From NCBI GenBank assembly GCA_036785375.1, contig JAWMAR010000028.1:4340001-4404000 (forward strand): a DNA stretch of 64,000 nucleotides, read 5' to 3'. The DNA comes from Leucoraja ocellata (taxonomy: Eukaryota). Shown here piece after piece: positions 52,995 to 64,000 of this stretch; position 1 is the stretch's first letter; the number at the start of each line of letters is the position of its first letter. The position numbers and the translations under genes were made by a program. Under the pieces are notes generated by a model, which did not search any database, was not told the DNA's origin, and was given only the letters and a program-made list of their open reading frames with translations.

Positions 52995-54585
52995 CGTGAG
53001 GAGATGGCTCCAAAAATATCCCCAACCTCGGACATGATAGGAACCTGTTTGGAAGTGCTAAAGAAATGGGTAAAGCATTTGCAACCATGTGCAGTCAGAA
53101 ATGCAAAATAGATGGTGCACCTCGACTTCCCTCTGCAATCCACTATCTGCAGCCAATTGGATTCACTCCAAATGATGTTATGAAACAGCTGAAAGCAATG
53201 GATACAGCATTGGACACGGGTCCACGCAACATGGTGATTAAATCCTGTGTCCCAGAACAAGCTGTTCCAATACATACACGATTCCGGCCATGCGACAAAT
53301 GACCGGTTTGTACAGTTTACAAAAAGCAGAACAAATCTAGCTAATCAATATATTTGCCACCAGCCAGCAAAATGATGGGGACTATCGTCAGCAGTGCTGC
53401 CAGTAACCTGCTCACCGAAGCAGGGAATGCGTAAGTGAATCATCATTTGACTGTAGACTTCTTCACAGCCGTGGTGCAAACCTGAACCAACAAATGAATT
53501 GGGGAGATAAAGAAAGAGTGACTTCCATTGGCATCAAGATGGCATCTGACCAAGTGTGGCATCTGAGTTCGCTGGTCAATAGGCACTATGGGGAAACACC
53601 ATTGGTTAGATAACTTACACAAAGGCAGTTCACTCTGGTTATTGGAGGACCACCACTATAGTTCCTTGACATCATAGCATATCCTAGGCCCGACCTTCAG
53701 ATCATTAATCAATGACCCTTCTTTCATCAAAAGGAGGTAAGATGGTTACATACTGTTCTATCCATTTACAATTATGCAGGAAATTAAACATTCCGTGCCT
53801 GTGGGCAACTAGACTACATCAAAGTCCAAGGGTGGCCGAATACGTGGAAAATAAAATAGTGCCGTAAAAGTGCCTGGAAATGATCACCCCAAACATGGGA
53901 GTCTAACCATCGCTCATTGACATTCAATGGCAGTACAATCGCAGATTCCTTCTCCATTAACTTCCATGGGGATGCAATTGATCGGAATCTCAACCAGAAT
54001 AGTAATATATATCTATATAAACTGTAGCTACAAAAGCAGGTCAGAAGCAGGGTATCCTGTGGTGACTTACTCACCTCCTGGCTTCTCAAAGCCATTTACA
54101 AGACACATGTAAGAACGTAATAAATTCCTCTCCACCTAGCGGCAACTTTAAAGAAACTCATCACCACCTGGGTCAAACCAGCCGGCTTGATAAGTACTCC
54201 ATCTACCACTCCAAACATTCATCCCTCAACAACTGGCCGCTTTGTGTCACGTTTTGTGAAATGCGCTGCAATTACTTAATAAGGCCCTTTGAACAGCACC
54301 CCCCAAACCCTGGGGCTCTACCACATCAACAATGACAGAAGGCATCTGGTAATGTCACCACTTGCAAGTTCCCCTCCATCACGACTTGGAAATAGATTGT
54401 TGGCCAGTCAAAGTTGCTGGGTTATACAATCGTGAAACACTCTGCCCACCATTGCTGATGGAGCACTTTTATCAGAAGGACCGCAACAGTTCGAGAAAGC
54501 ATCGCATCACCAAGGGCTTTGGGGTTGGCTAATGAATGCTGGCCTTGCCAATAATGCCATGATCCCAGAAAATGAATTTAAAAAA
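52995..54585 (+). mobile_element. ancient, highly decayed CR1-like LINE
   Basis: Degenerate RT-proximal sequence (FTPNDVMKQLKAMDTALDTGP). The 3' tail atgctggccttgcc...atccc...atgaat resembles, from recall, the tail shared by CR1-4/DeuSINE-type elements. Confidence 0.55.
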
Positions 54586-54623
54586 CAAGCAGAACTTTAT
54601 GTCCTCTAAGATAGACACAAAAT

Positions 54624-56960
54624 ACCAGCATGTTAAATGTGCTACAAGAGGAGCTAACACCCTGGACAAGGTCTACTCCAACATCAAGCTGGGCTACAGG
54701 GCTAGACCACTACCACACCTGGGCCAGTCTGACCATATGTCCCTGCTCTTAATTCCTGCATATGCCCCCCTCAGGAAAACCGCTCCTACTATTACAAAGA
54801 CCATCACAACCTGGCCTGATGGTGCTTCTCAGCAGCTGCAGGACTGTTTCGACAGGACCAACTGGGAGGTGTTTGAACACCGGGACCTGGAGGTGTTCAC
54901 AGACAGTGTACTGTGTTACATTAAAAACTGCATGGGCACGGTCACAGTGGACAAACGCATCCGGGTCTACCCCAACCAGAAGCCCTGGATGACCCGGGAG
55001 GTCCAGCGGCTGCTGAAAGAGAGGAACACCGCTTTTAGGTCTGGCGACAGGGCTTTATACAGCACGGCCCGAGCTAACCTGAAGAGAGGCATCAGAGAGG
55101 CCAAATCAAACTACAGGAGGAAGATAGAGGACCACCTGGACAGTAATAACAGCAGGCAGGTGTGGCAGGGGGTCCAGTATCTCACCAACTATAAGACCAA
55201 CCTTGGAGCTGTTGAAGGTGACGCCTCGCTGGCAGAGGAGCTGAACCACTTCTTTGCTCGCTTTGAAGTGGAGCCACCCGAGACAGCCACATCACAGCAC
55301 ATGGTCCACAGCAGCCTAACCCTCAAGATAGAGGAGCATGAGGTGAGGCGCACTCTGCGGGCCATCAATCCAAGGAAGGCTACTGGACCTGACGGCGTCT
55401 CTGGACGCGTGTTGAAGGACTGCGCAGACCAGCTGGCTGGAGTCTTTACAAGGATTTTTAACCAGTCTCTGGCCCAGTCCACTGTCCCACCCTGTCTGAA
55501 GTCCTCCACCATAGTCCCCTTGCCCAAAAAAACCAACATCTCCAGCCTCAACGACTACCGGCCAGTCGCACTTACACCAGTGGTGATGAAGTGTTTTGAA
55601 AAACTGGTCCGGGGTCACATCACATCACTCCTGCCCCGAAGCTTTGACCCCCACCAGTTTGCGTACAGAGCAAATAGATCCACAGAGGACGCTGTAGCCA
55701 CAGCTCTCCATGCTGCACTGTCTCACCTGGAGCAGCGGGGGAGCTACGTGCGGATGCTCTTTGTGGACTACAGCTCTGCTTTTAATACCATCCTTCCCCA
55801 CAGACTGGTGGACAAACTGGGGGACTTGGGACTTCCACACTCCACCTGTACGTGGATCAATAGCTTCCTGTCGGGTCGCAGCCAGAGAGTCAGAGTGGGC
55901 CATCACACATCCACGGCCCTCAGCCTCAGTACCGGCTCTCCACAGGGCTGCGTACTGAGCCCCCTGCTCTACACCATCTACACACATGACTGCACCCCCG
56001 CCCACCACAGCAACACCATTGTCAAATTTGCGGATGACACTACGGTGGTGGGACTCATCTCCGGGGGGGGGACGAGTACGCCTACCGGGATGAGGTGGAG
56101 CAGCTGACAGTGTGGTGTGAAGAAAATAACCTGCTCCTCAACACCTTAAAGACAAAGGAAGTAATAATAGACTTCAGGAAGAATAAAACGGACATGGTAC
56201 CATTGACTATCAGAGGGGACTGTGTAGAGAGGGTGGCGGATTTCCGCTTCCTGGGAATCCATATTGAGGAGGACCTGACGTGGAGCGTGAACACCACTGC
56301 GCTGCTGAAAAAGGTCCAGCAGAGACTGCACTTCCTGAGGGTGCTCAGGAAGAATAACATCACTCAGAGACTGCTGCTGTCCTTTTATCGGTGCTCCATT
56401 GAGAGCATACTAACATACTGTGTATGCGTGTGGTACACCAGCTGCACAGCGGCTCAGAGGAAAGCGCTCCAGAGGGCCATTGACAACGCCCAGAGGATTG
56501 TCGGCTGCCCTCTCCTTACCCTGGAGGACGTACACAGTTCCCGCTGCACCAAAAAATCCCAGAATATCATAAAGGACATTTCCCACCCCGGACACTCCCT
56601 GTTTGAACTGTTGCCGTCAGGCAGACGGTACAGATCTACAAGGACAAGGACAAATAGACTAAAAAACTGTTTTTACCCCACTGCTATAAAATCACTAAAT
56701 GTAGCCGCCAAGGAACGCAGGGGCGATACAGACTAAGGGACTGTGGTAACTGTGAAATCGACAGAAGGATGGAGGGTTGGGTTTGTATGCGTGCTTTGTT
56801 CGTGATATTTATTTAGTTGTTTATCTTTTAATATTTTACCTTGTATGTATCGTTAGCTTTTAGAAATGTTTGAATGCTGCACTGACTGGCTGACATTTTA
56901 AATTTCGTTGTACATGGTTCATGTTACAATGACAATAAAGAAACTATTCTATTCTATTCT
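54624..56960 (+). mobile_element. young Rex1-clade LINE, 5'-truncated (end of APE domain, full RT)
   Basis: TRGANTLD...[43 protein letters not shown]. Single frameshift in the G-run at 56063-56071. (CTATT)n tail; TSD AAAAT at 54619-54623 and 56961-56965 inside a Penelope fragment. Confidence 0.93.
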
Positions 56961-57749
56961 AAAATGCTGGAGTAACTCAGCGGGACAGGCAGCATTTCTG
57001 GAGAGAAGGAATGGGTGGCATTTCAGGTTGACACCCTTCTTCAGACTGAGAGTCATGTCCTCTAGTTTCCTTCTCTCTTACCCACAACCCCGCAATTATG
57101 ACAATGCAGCTGGTTTCTTAAGTACGCATTAAAATAATTCATTATATTGAATATTGCTATGGTGCTGATTTTACCACAATGATGACAGCATCAAGTCATG
57201 GTGAAAAGGCTCACTCTAGTAAACATCTCTAATTATCTCTAAATCGGTTGTGGACCTGTAATAACATTTCTCAGTGTAATGTAATCATGATCATAAAATA
57301 ATAATCTGTTAAACTATTTTCCAGGCAGGTGATGCTGAATTTGCACACTTGTAAAAGCTGATTGTAAGTTTACAGTGATATCTGCATCATATGTATAACA
57401 AGCTTTGTCACTTAAGGAGCCAATAAAACAAAGGTTTGCATTTCTTTGAACATACAACAAAATGCAACCACACACATTGAAAGTCTGTGACGGTTACCGC
57501 AATTCCCAACCCACTGTGTCAGGAAAATGTTCAGATGAAGACAGGATTGAAGTAAGGTCATGTCATTAAATCAAATTAAGTTTATCTCATTAGATCCTGG
57601 AAGAAGTGGGGCATTTTTTTTCCCTCATTCAAATACCTGGCCAATTACCATTTATCATTTTTAATTATATTAGCTTCAACACTGCATAAAATCCGACCCA
57701 CAAAAATGTTCTCAATAATCAAATCTACTTTGCCGCATCTTTGTCATGT

Positions 57750-58342
57750 TATAGTTGTACAAGACGTTAGTGAGGCCAGATTTGTAGTTTTGTATTCAGT
57801 TCTGGTCACCCTGCTATAGAGTGGATGTTGCTACAAAGAGTACAGAGAAATTTTACAAAGGTGTTGCCTGGTCTTGAGGGCCTGAGATACAGGGAGAGGT
57901 TGGGCAGACTTGGACTTTTTTACTTCGAATGCAAGTGACTGAGAGGTAATCTTACAGAGGTGTATAATCATGAGGAATATATAGGATAAATGCACAGTGT
58001 TTCACCCAGAGTAGGGAACTCAAGAATCAGAGGACACGGGTTTAACATGAAAGAGGAAAGATTTAATAGGAACCTGAGGGGTAACCTTTTTACATAAAGG
58101 GCAGTGGGTATAACTGCCAAATGAGGCATTTAAAAAGACATTTAAAGACATTAAATGAGGCATTAAAAAACATTTAAAAGACAGTTGCACAGGTACATAG
58201 ATAAGAGAAGTTTAGTGGGATATGAGCCAAACGCAGGCAGATAGGCTAAGTGTACATGGGGCATTTTGGTTTGCATGGGCAAGTTGGGCTGAGTTGGGCT
58301 GAATGGTCTCTTTTCATGATGTATGACTGTGACTCTATGACT
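57750..58342 (+). mobile_element. decayed CR1-clade LINE 3' fragment
   Basis: LYKTLVRP-like and QFWSPCYR-like sequence; (atgact)n tail. Confidence 0.7.
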
Positions 58343-59879
58343 AATTAACTGAGAGCTAAAAATATTGAAAATCCACTCAAAAGGTCAGGCAGCAGCTGTG
58401 GAAAGAAAACCCCACCCTGAATGAAGTAAAGACCTGTCTCCTTGAACTGTAAGTGTCCTTATCCACTCACTTTTCATAGGGGAAGTAGCTGGTGTGGTGA
58501 ACTCTTGGTGATTGTAATAGATACATTTTCTAAAGTCAGTGCGTTTTGAATAAAAGTTTTAAAAATCATCTCCAAAACATCATTCTTCAATTCAGATATC
58601 AGTGTTTCAAGCTTTTGAGATCCACGGTTTATACGTTAGCTGAATATGATGGGATATGTACTGGCTTCAAAGTCAACGTGCCCAAGTCAAGCACAAAAGC
58701 AGGGAGTGGACAATTCCTGGAGATCATATGCATTGGAAGAGGGAGGATTAACAATATCAAGTGTCAGCACTAAACCACACTAGTTTAACAAATGAATTAG
58801 ATCCACAGAACGAGGAAGACTGACTGAACTTTTGTGCCTTCCATCTCAGCGGGAAGTGCTGGTCCCACCATGGTGGATGTTTTATATTTTATGTTTAATT
58901 TCTGTTGTGTATTGTGTTCTTTCTTTCTTGCTGGGAGAGATCTGCTCATCTGCCCAGCTTACCCTTGAGCAACTCTGCAAAATGCAGATGTCACCACTCA
59001 ACCTCGGTTGGATTGAAAGTCACTTTAATGTAATGTATGTTCCCAGCAACTCGCAAGACTTTATTTTACTACGGAGAATTTTGAATAGGTTGTTGACCAT
59101 GAGTAGTTTACTGATTAACTAGCATGCTGAGAGTGGCATAGTGCTGAGCATGTTTTTGTTCGTACCGCAAATAGGGTTACAACTGTTTTACCAACAAACG
59201 ATAAAAGACGTCAGGTTAGTGCAAAATGTTTGAATGACAGATGTCCTTGACCTTTGACATTTATCCTCCCATCAGTGTGTTCACTTGTACTCGTTTCATT
59301 CGTGTTCAGAAAGAAATGCGGCTGGCACATCAAATGGCTGTTAGTAATTATTGGCAGTGAGGAGCAACCAACTTACAAGGTGATGAAGTTCCTCCGATAC
59401 CACAACTCGCTTGTGAGTCTGAGGATATTGACAACAGAGGGATGATACATCTTTCCAAGGCATGGATCTGCAGTGTGCATCCGTCATTTTGTCCTCTTTG
59501 ATGATGGAAGCCACAGGTTTGGGAGACACTGCCTAGTGTGCCAGAAAATTGACCTCTCAAAGTGATGAGTTCCATCACATATTGGTGCCTGTGGAATTTA
59601 AAATCTGTTAATAATCTGAAATTCAGAAAAAGACAGAGCCACCACCTATTGCCAGTGCTGGTGGTGCCCGGAATAGTCGTAATGGTCAATGTCATTACTG
59701 TCAGCCAGACGTCACCATCACATTCATGGATGGTGTCAGCACTGACTGTAAATTCAACTGGAACAACTACACTGATATTAGTCTGTCATTGTCACGAGAA
59801 CCAAGGTACAGTGGAAAGCTTTGTTTGTGTGCTACCTAAATCAGATCATACTACACATATAACGCGCTGAGGCATTGTA

Positions 59880-60655
59880 CAAGGACAGAGCCATCTGTAC
59901 TTTCTAAGGAGTCCCTGCTCTTTCAACATCTGCAGTAAGATGCTTCAGATGTTCTATCAGACATTTCAGCCTGAAGAAGGGTCTCGACCCGAAACGTCAC
60001 CTATTCCTTCGCTCCATAGATGCTGCCACACCCGCTGAGTTTCTCCAGCATTTTTGTCTACCTTTGATTTTTGCAGCATCTGCAATTCTTTTTTAAGCAG
60101 ATGTTCTATCAATCAGTGGTGGCCAATGCCATCTTCTACACTGTTGTGAGCTGGGGCAGCAGGACGAAGGCCCTGGACGGCAACAGAATCAACAAGCTCA
60201 TCAGCTCCATCCTGGGGGCAGAGTTGGATTCATGGGAGGTGGTCTTGGAGGGGAGGATGCTCCTCAAACTGCAGAGCATCTTGGACAATACAGCTCACTC
60301 CATCCATGACACAGTGGTCAACCTGAGGAGCACCTTCAGCAACAGACTGGTCCCACCAAAATGCAAAATAGAACGCCACAGGAGATCCTTCTTCCCTGTG
60401 GCTGTCAAACTGTACAACTCCTGTCCCTTCTGTCATGGGAAGACTCACTCCCCCTCTCCCACCCCCCTACAACCCCCGCACTCCATCTTTGCACATTTAA
60501 TTCCATGTTTGTTACATATGGGCTGTGCAATAACTGGTCTCTTAAATTGTATTATTATTATTATAATGATGATATTTTCAATGCCTTGTAACTGTAGCTT
60601 TTGACTGTTGGCAGACCAATTTATCTCTGGGATAAATAAAGTTGTATCGTATCAT
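59880..60655 (+). mobile_element. Rex1-like LINE 3' fragment with nested Penelope piece (59960-60097)
   Basis: QMFYQSVVANAIFYTVVSWG...HRRSFFPVAVKLYN. Nested insert has exact 14-bp TSD cagatgttctatca (59946-59959, 60098-60111). Confidence 0.8.
59971..59998 (+). ncRNA. minimal hammerhead ribozyme motif
   Basis: CTGAAGA-A-GGGT(ctcg)ACCC-GAAAC-GTC. Confidence 0.6.
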
Positions 60656-61365
60656 ATTGAATGATTTTAATCAAGTCTTACAAAAATATAACAGGTAACG
60701 CAAAGAGAAGAACACCAGAGTGCAGAATATAAGCATTGTAGCGTTCCAGTTCCAGAGAAAAAGACCAATGTCTGCAATGAGGCAGGTTGGAAGATAGGAA
60801 ATACATGTGCAGCGGTTGTGAAAATCGAAACAATTACAGATGTTGAAAATATTAAATAAAACAGAAAAAAAACTGCAAATAGTCAACATGTCAGTCTGCA
60901 TATGTAGAAAGAGAAACACAGTTAATGTTTCAGATTCAATTTCCATTGTCAGAATCATCCTAACAAACATTCTCTTTCCACAATACTGTCTGACATATTT
61001 TGACCAGTTTTGTTTTTAAGAGCGGTAGATGTGGAAACGCCACCTCCTGCAGGTTCCCCTCTGTGTCACACATTGTCCTGAGGAAGAAATAGCTTGCCAT
61101 TCTTCCATTATTGCTGTGTTTAAATCCTGGAACGCCCTCCACAATAGCATTGATAGACAATGGTGTAGGGGGGTGTGAGGAGAAGGCATGAGAATGGGAT
61201 AAGGAGGGAGATATGGATCAGCCATGATTGATTGGCAGAGTAAACTTGGCCTAATTCTGTTCCTATCACTTATGACTTTATGACCTTATGTGGCAGTTTG
61301 GATGGATAACAAATGCTGGCTGCTCCCTTGACAGTGATAACCATATCCTTAAAAATGAATTAACC

Positions 61366-62144
61366 TTATAACCATAGAACCATATAACAATTACAGCACG
61401 GAAACAGGCCATCTCAGCCCTTGTAGTCCGTGCCGAACATGTATTCTCCCCTAGTCCCATCTACCTGCACTCAGACCATAACCCTGCATTCCTTTCCCGT
61501 CCATATAACTATCCAATTTATTTTTAAATGATAAAATCGAACCTGCCTCCACCACCTTCACTGGAAGCTCATTCCACACAGCTACCACTCTCTGAGTAAA
61601 GAAGTTCCCCCTCATGTTACCCCTAAACTTCTGTCCCTTAATTCTTAATTAATGAAATTAATGAAAGAGAAACTGGATTTTGACTTGGTCATTTGGTTGT
61701 GTAATATTTTATCTGTAGATGCATCGTTTCCTATCGACCGTGATCTTTTCGTCACAGCTTATGTTTCCCCATGATACTTATGTAGTGATACAGCATGGAA
61801 ACAGGCCCTTCAGCCTAACTCGTCAATGCAGATCAAGGTGTCCATTCTAAACTAGTCCCATTTGCCCTCATTTATCCCATATCCTTTTATATCTTTTCTA
61901 TCCATTGCCAGTTCAAATGTCTTTTATATGTTGTTATTGTACATGCCTCAACTACTTCCTCTGGCAGCTCATTCCTTATACCACCCCTTAAAATAATGGA
62001 CAGATACGGACCACATGTAGGCAGAGAAGATTAGTTTAACTTATGTTTAACATGGAAACCACCCTCTATGTGAAAAATGTTACCCCTCAAGACCCTATAA
62101 AATCTTTTCTCTCTCACCTTAAACCTATTCCCTTTAGTTCTTGA
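61366..62144 (-). mobile_element. two CR1-clade 3' fragments (61366-61645; 61780-62144)
   Basis: Reverse complements of the tails at 7832-8243 and 30358-30730 family. Confidence 0.75.
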
Positions 62145-64000
62145 TTTTACTTCGGAGTCACTTGAGTGACTACGTGAAGAACCCCGCCAGGACGCATGCG
62201 TGCCATATCGCTACACGCATTGCAACGGGTCACAGCAGGGGGAACAACGTTCCCCTTAGCGGCAGAATTTGAAAGCCGGGAACAGCAAGTAAGGAGACCC
62301 TGCGTTCCTTCCACTTACCTTACAGGTGGAGACATGGACCAGATCAACGAAGGCTGCGAAAAAGCTGGTGGGGGAGAACCACGGAGTTGCGGGCAGCCAA
62401 CAGCAGCAGCCAACGGCACGCCAATCTCCCGAAATGGGAACAGCTGTGCCCGACTTCGCTCCCGCACCGGCCGATGAGTCCGACTCTGAACAGCCGCGAG
62501 CGGCCAGTGCCCGTGCGCATTGGAGCCGGTTGGAGCGGCTGGGAGCGGGGAACAAGAGCAGCCGCGACGGCCAGTGCCCGTGAGCATTGGGGCCGATTGG
62601 AGCAGCTTTAGGAGCAGCCACAAGCGGCCAGTGCCCGTGAGCATTGGAGCCGGTTGGAGCGGCTGCAGGAACTGGAACAGCCGCGAGTGGCCAGTGCCCG
62701 AGAGCATTGGAGCCAGTTGGAGTGGCTGTTGGAGCAAATACTCCAAAGTGACAGGCTCCGGGAGATGGAGACTAGTCACAGTGGGCAGCTAGTAAGTCCT
62801 ACAGCAGGGACTTGTAGGGCTGCACAGTGTTTCTCCCTCATCAGAGGGGAGTACAGGGGGTCAATTCTGGGCTGACCCTGAAGAGGGGTGTGCAGAACAT
62901 ACCCCCAGTGCACATGGGGTGCAAGAAAACCTATTGGATATGGTGTCCCAGTTTATTCAACCCGACCAAACTGGCCAAAACCTGGAGCCTAAAATAGCTG
63001 CAAGTATCGACTACTTGTCATTCAACCAGCTATAAGGACAGGCATTATTGGACACCACAGCAAGACACTTACCACCAGGGAACTGCAAAACACTGAATGT
63101 TCCCAGTGTCAACCAGTGTATTTGAAAAGATGTTGGAGCCTCAATCAGAGCCAGGAACTTGAAACTACAGAAAGTTCTGAAAGTCCTAACAGCGGGAATT
63201 ACGGTTTTCGCCCGCACAATAAACAAAAAAGACATGACACAAGATCACCAGGATGCACTGGCTTTATTTTGCAACTACCAATACGAGTAAACAGCATTAG
63301 GAAGAAGTGCCATCCAACCGGCTTTAGACCTAATTTGCAGGCCTATGCAAACCTGGAACCTCCAAACCACCAATATTACTATTTGGAGGTGACTTATCAA
63401 AACAGGTAAAATAACTTGACGAAGAGGGTAAAACCCTGGGGCTCATTAAAGCAACGTCTAAAAACTACTTCGGCCAGGAAAAAGCACCCCAGTCGGCCAA
63501 GACAAACTGGTGAAAGCTCAAAGGCCAGGAACACTCAACATCGGTCTTTTTAGGCCATGGCCCAGACCGGCCTTCCTGGGGAATGCGCTAACCCTCAACA
63601 CCGACCCAACTACAGATCCAGACACCGGCGCCTCAACGTCCACGGAGGATGCCGAAAAAGTAACAAACCTACCACTAGTAACCATGGAGGTAGGTAGGCC
63701 TGGTTCCTTACGAGGTTGGTGGGAGATTACAATTATATCTGGATGCATGGAATAAATTAACTACCGACATTTATATTTTCAGAAGTATAGGGTTATACCA
63801 TAGAATTTATACAAAAACATAATCCTCCAGATCAGCATGTACCGAACCGAATGTTCATGCTTAAAGGCAAAGAAAAATCAAAAGCGCATGCTGAACTACA
63901 GCGGCTTTATAAAAAAGGAGTAATGGAGAAAACCCAACACGAATCACAGGAATTCGAGTCCAAAATATTTATCATAAACAAGATGGTGGTTGCCGCATCA
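62145..64000 (+). mobile_element. second DIRS1-type retrotransposon, 5' part (runs off the window)
   Basis: Begins ttttacttcggagtcacttgagtgactacgtgaaga, one mismatch from the 5' end of the 39944-44842 element. Broken gag-like region, then GRLQLYLDAWNKLTTD...GYTIEF-like RT-proximal sequence. Confidence 0.85.
62490..62735 (+). repeat. ~55-65-bp imperfect tandem repeat (4 copies) in the DIRS gag-like region
   Basis: Unit core ggccagtgcccgtgagcattggagccggttggagc at about 62502, 62569, 62626 and 62689. Confidence 0.85.

Noticed and set aside
54572-54623. ATG start of the 511-aa RT ORF as a chimeric gene
   Set aside because: Chance in-frame fusion of flanking repeat DNA upstream of the TSD; no promoter or splice evidence.
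44850-62100. Exons of a neighbouring gene (PATJ is expected tail-to-tail from human synteny)
   Set aside because: I could not find PDZ-like peptides or convincing exons by eye; TBLASTN is needed.
62490-62735. Repeats with variable intervening sequence resembling a CRISPR array
   Set aside because: The intervening parts resemble each other, the array sits in a DIRS gag-like region of vertebrate DNA, and there are no cas genes.

Overview
Eukaryotic, repeat-rich vertebrate genomic DNA. The SINE/LINE complement (HE1-like SINEs, CR1/HER1-like tails, Penelope fragments) points to a cartilaginous fish, probably a skate or ray (inference). The only host gene I can support is a KANK-family gene on the + strand, best matching KANK4. 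I assembled it by hand into phase-compatible GT-AG exons from an ATG at 8995 to a TGA at 36404. The nine core exons give 1108 aa, and 1144 aa with an optional 108-nt exon. A 33-nt micro-exon is a further candidate. The rest is transposon-derived. It includes a miniature Gypsy-derived LTR element with an exact tRNA-Leu primer-binding site, two solo LTRs, and two DIRS1-type tyrosine-recombinase retroelements (one complete but decayed, with ITRs and an ICR). There is also a hAT/Charlie element with 8-bp TSD, three Harbinger-like MITEs, and L2, Rex1, CR1 and L1-like LINE pieces. Many short Penelope-derived elements carry a minimal hammerhead-ribozyme motif, and several form long fold-backs inside KANK introns. 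I see no prokaryote-type systems. Nothing here is demonstrably a new biological system. The best leads are the miniature LTR element, the ribozyme-bearing Penelope fold-backs, and the KANK4 linker and cassette exons. All family names come from motif recall, not database searches. Repeat boundaries without a TSD or TIR are approximate.
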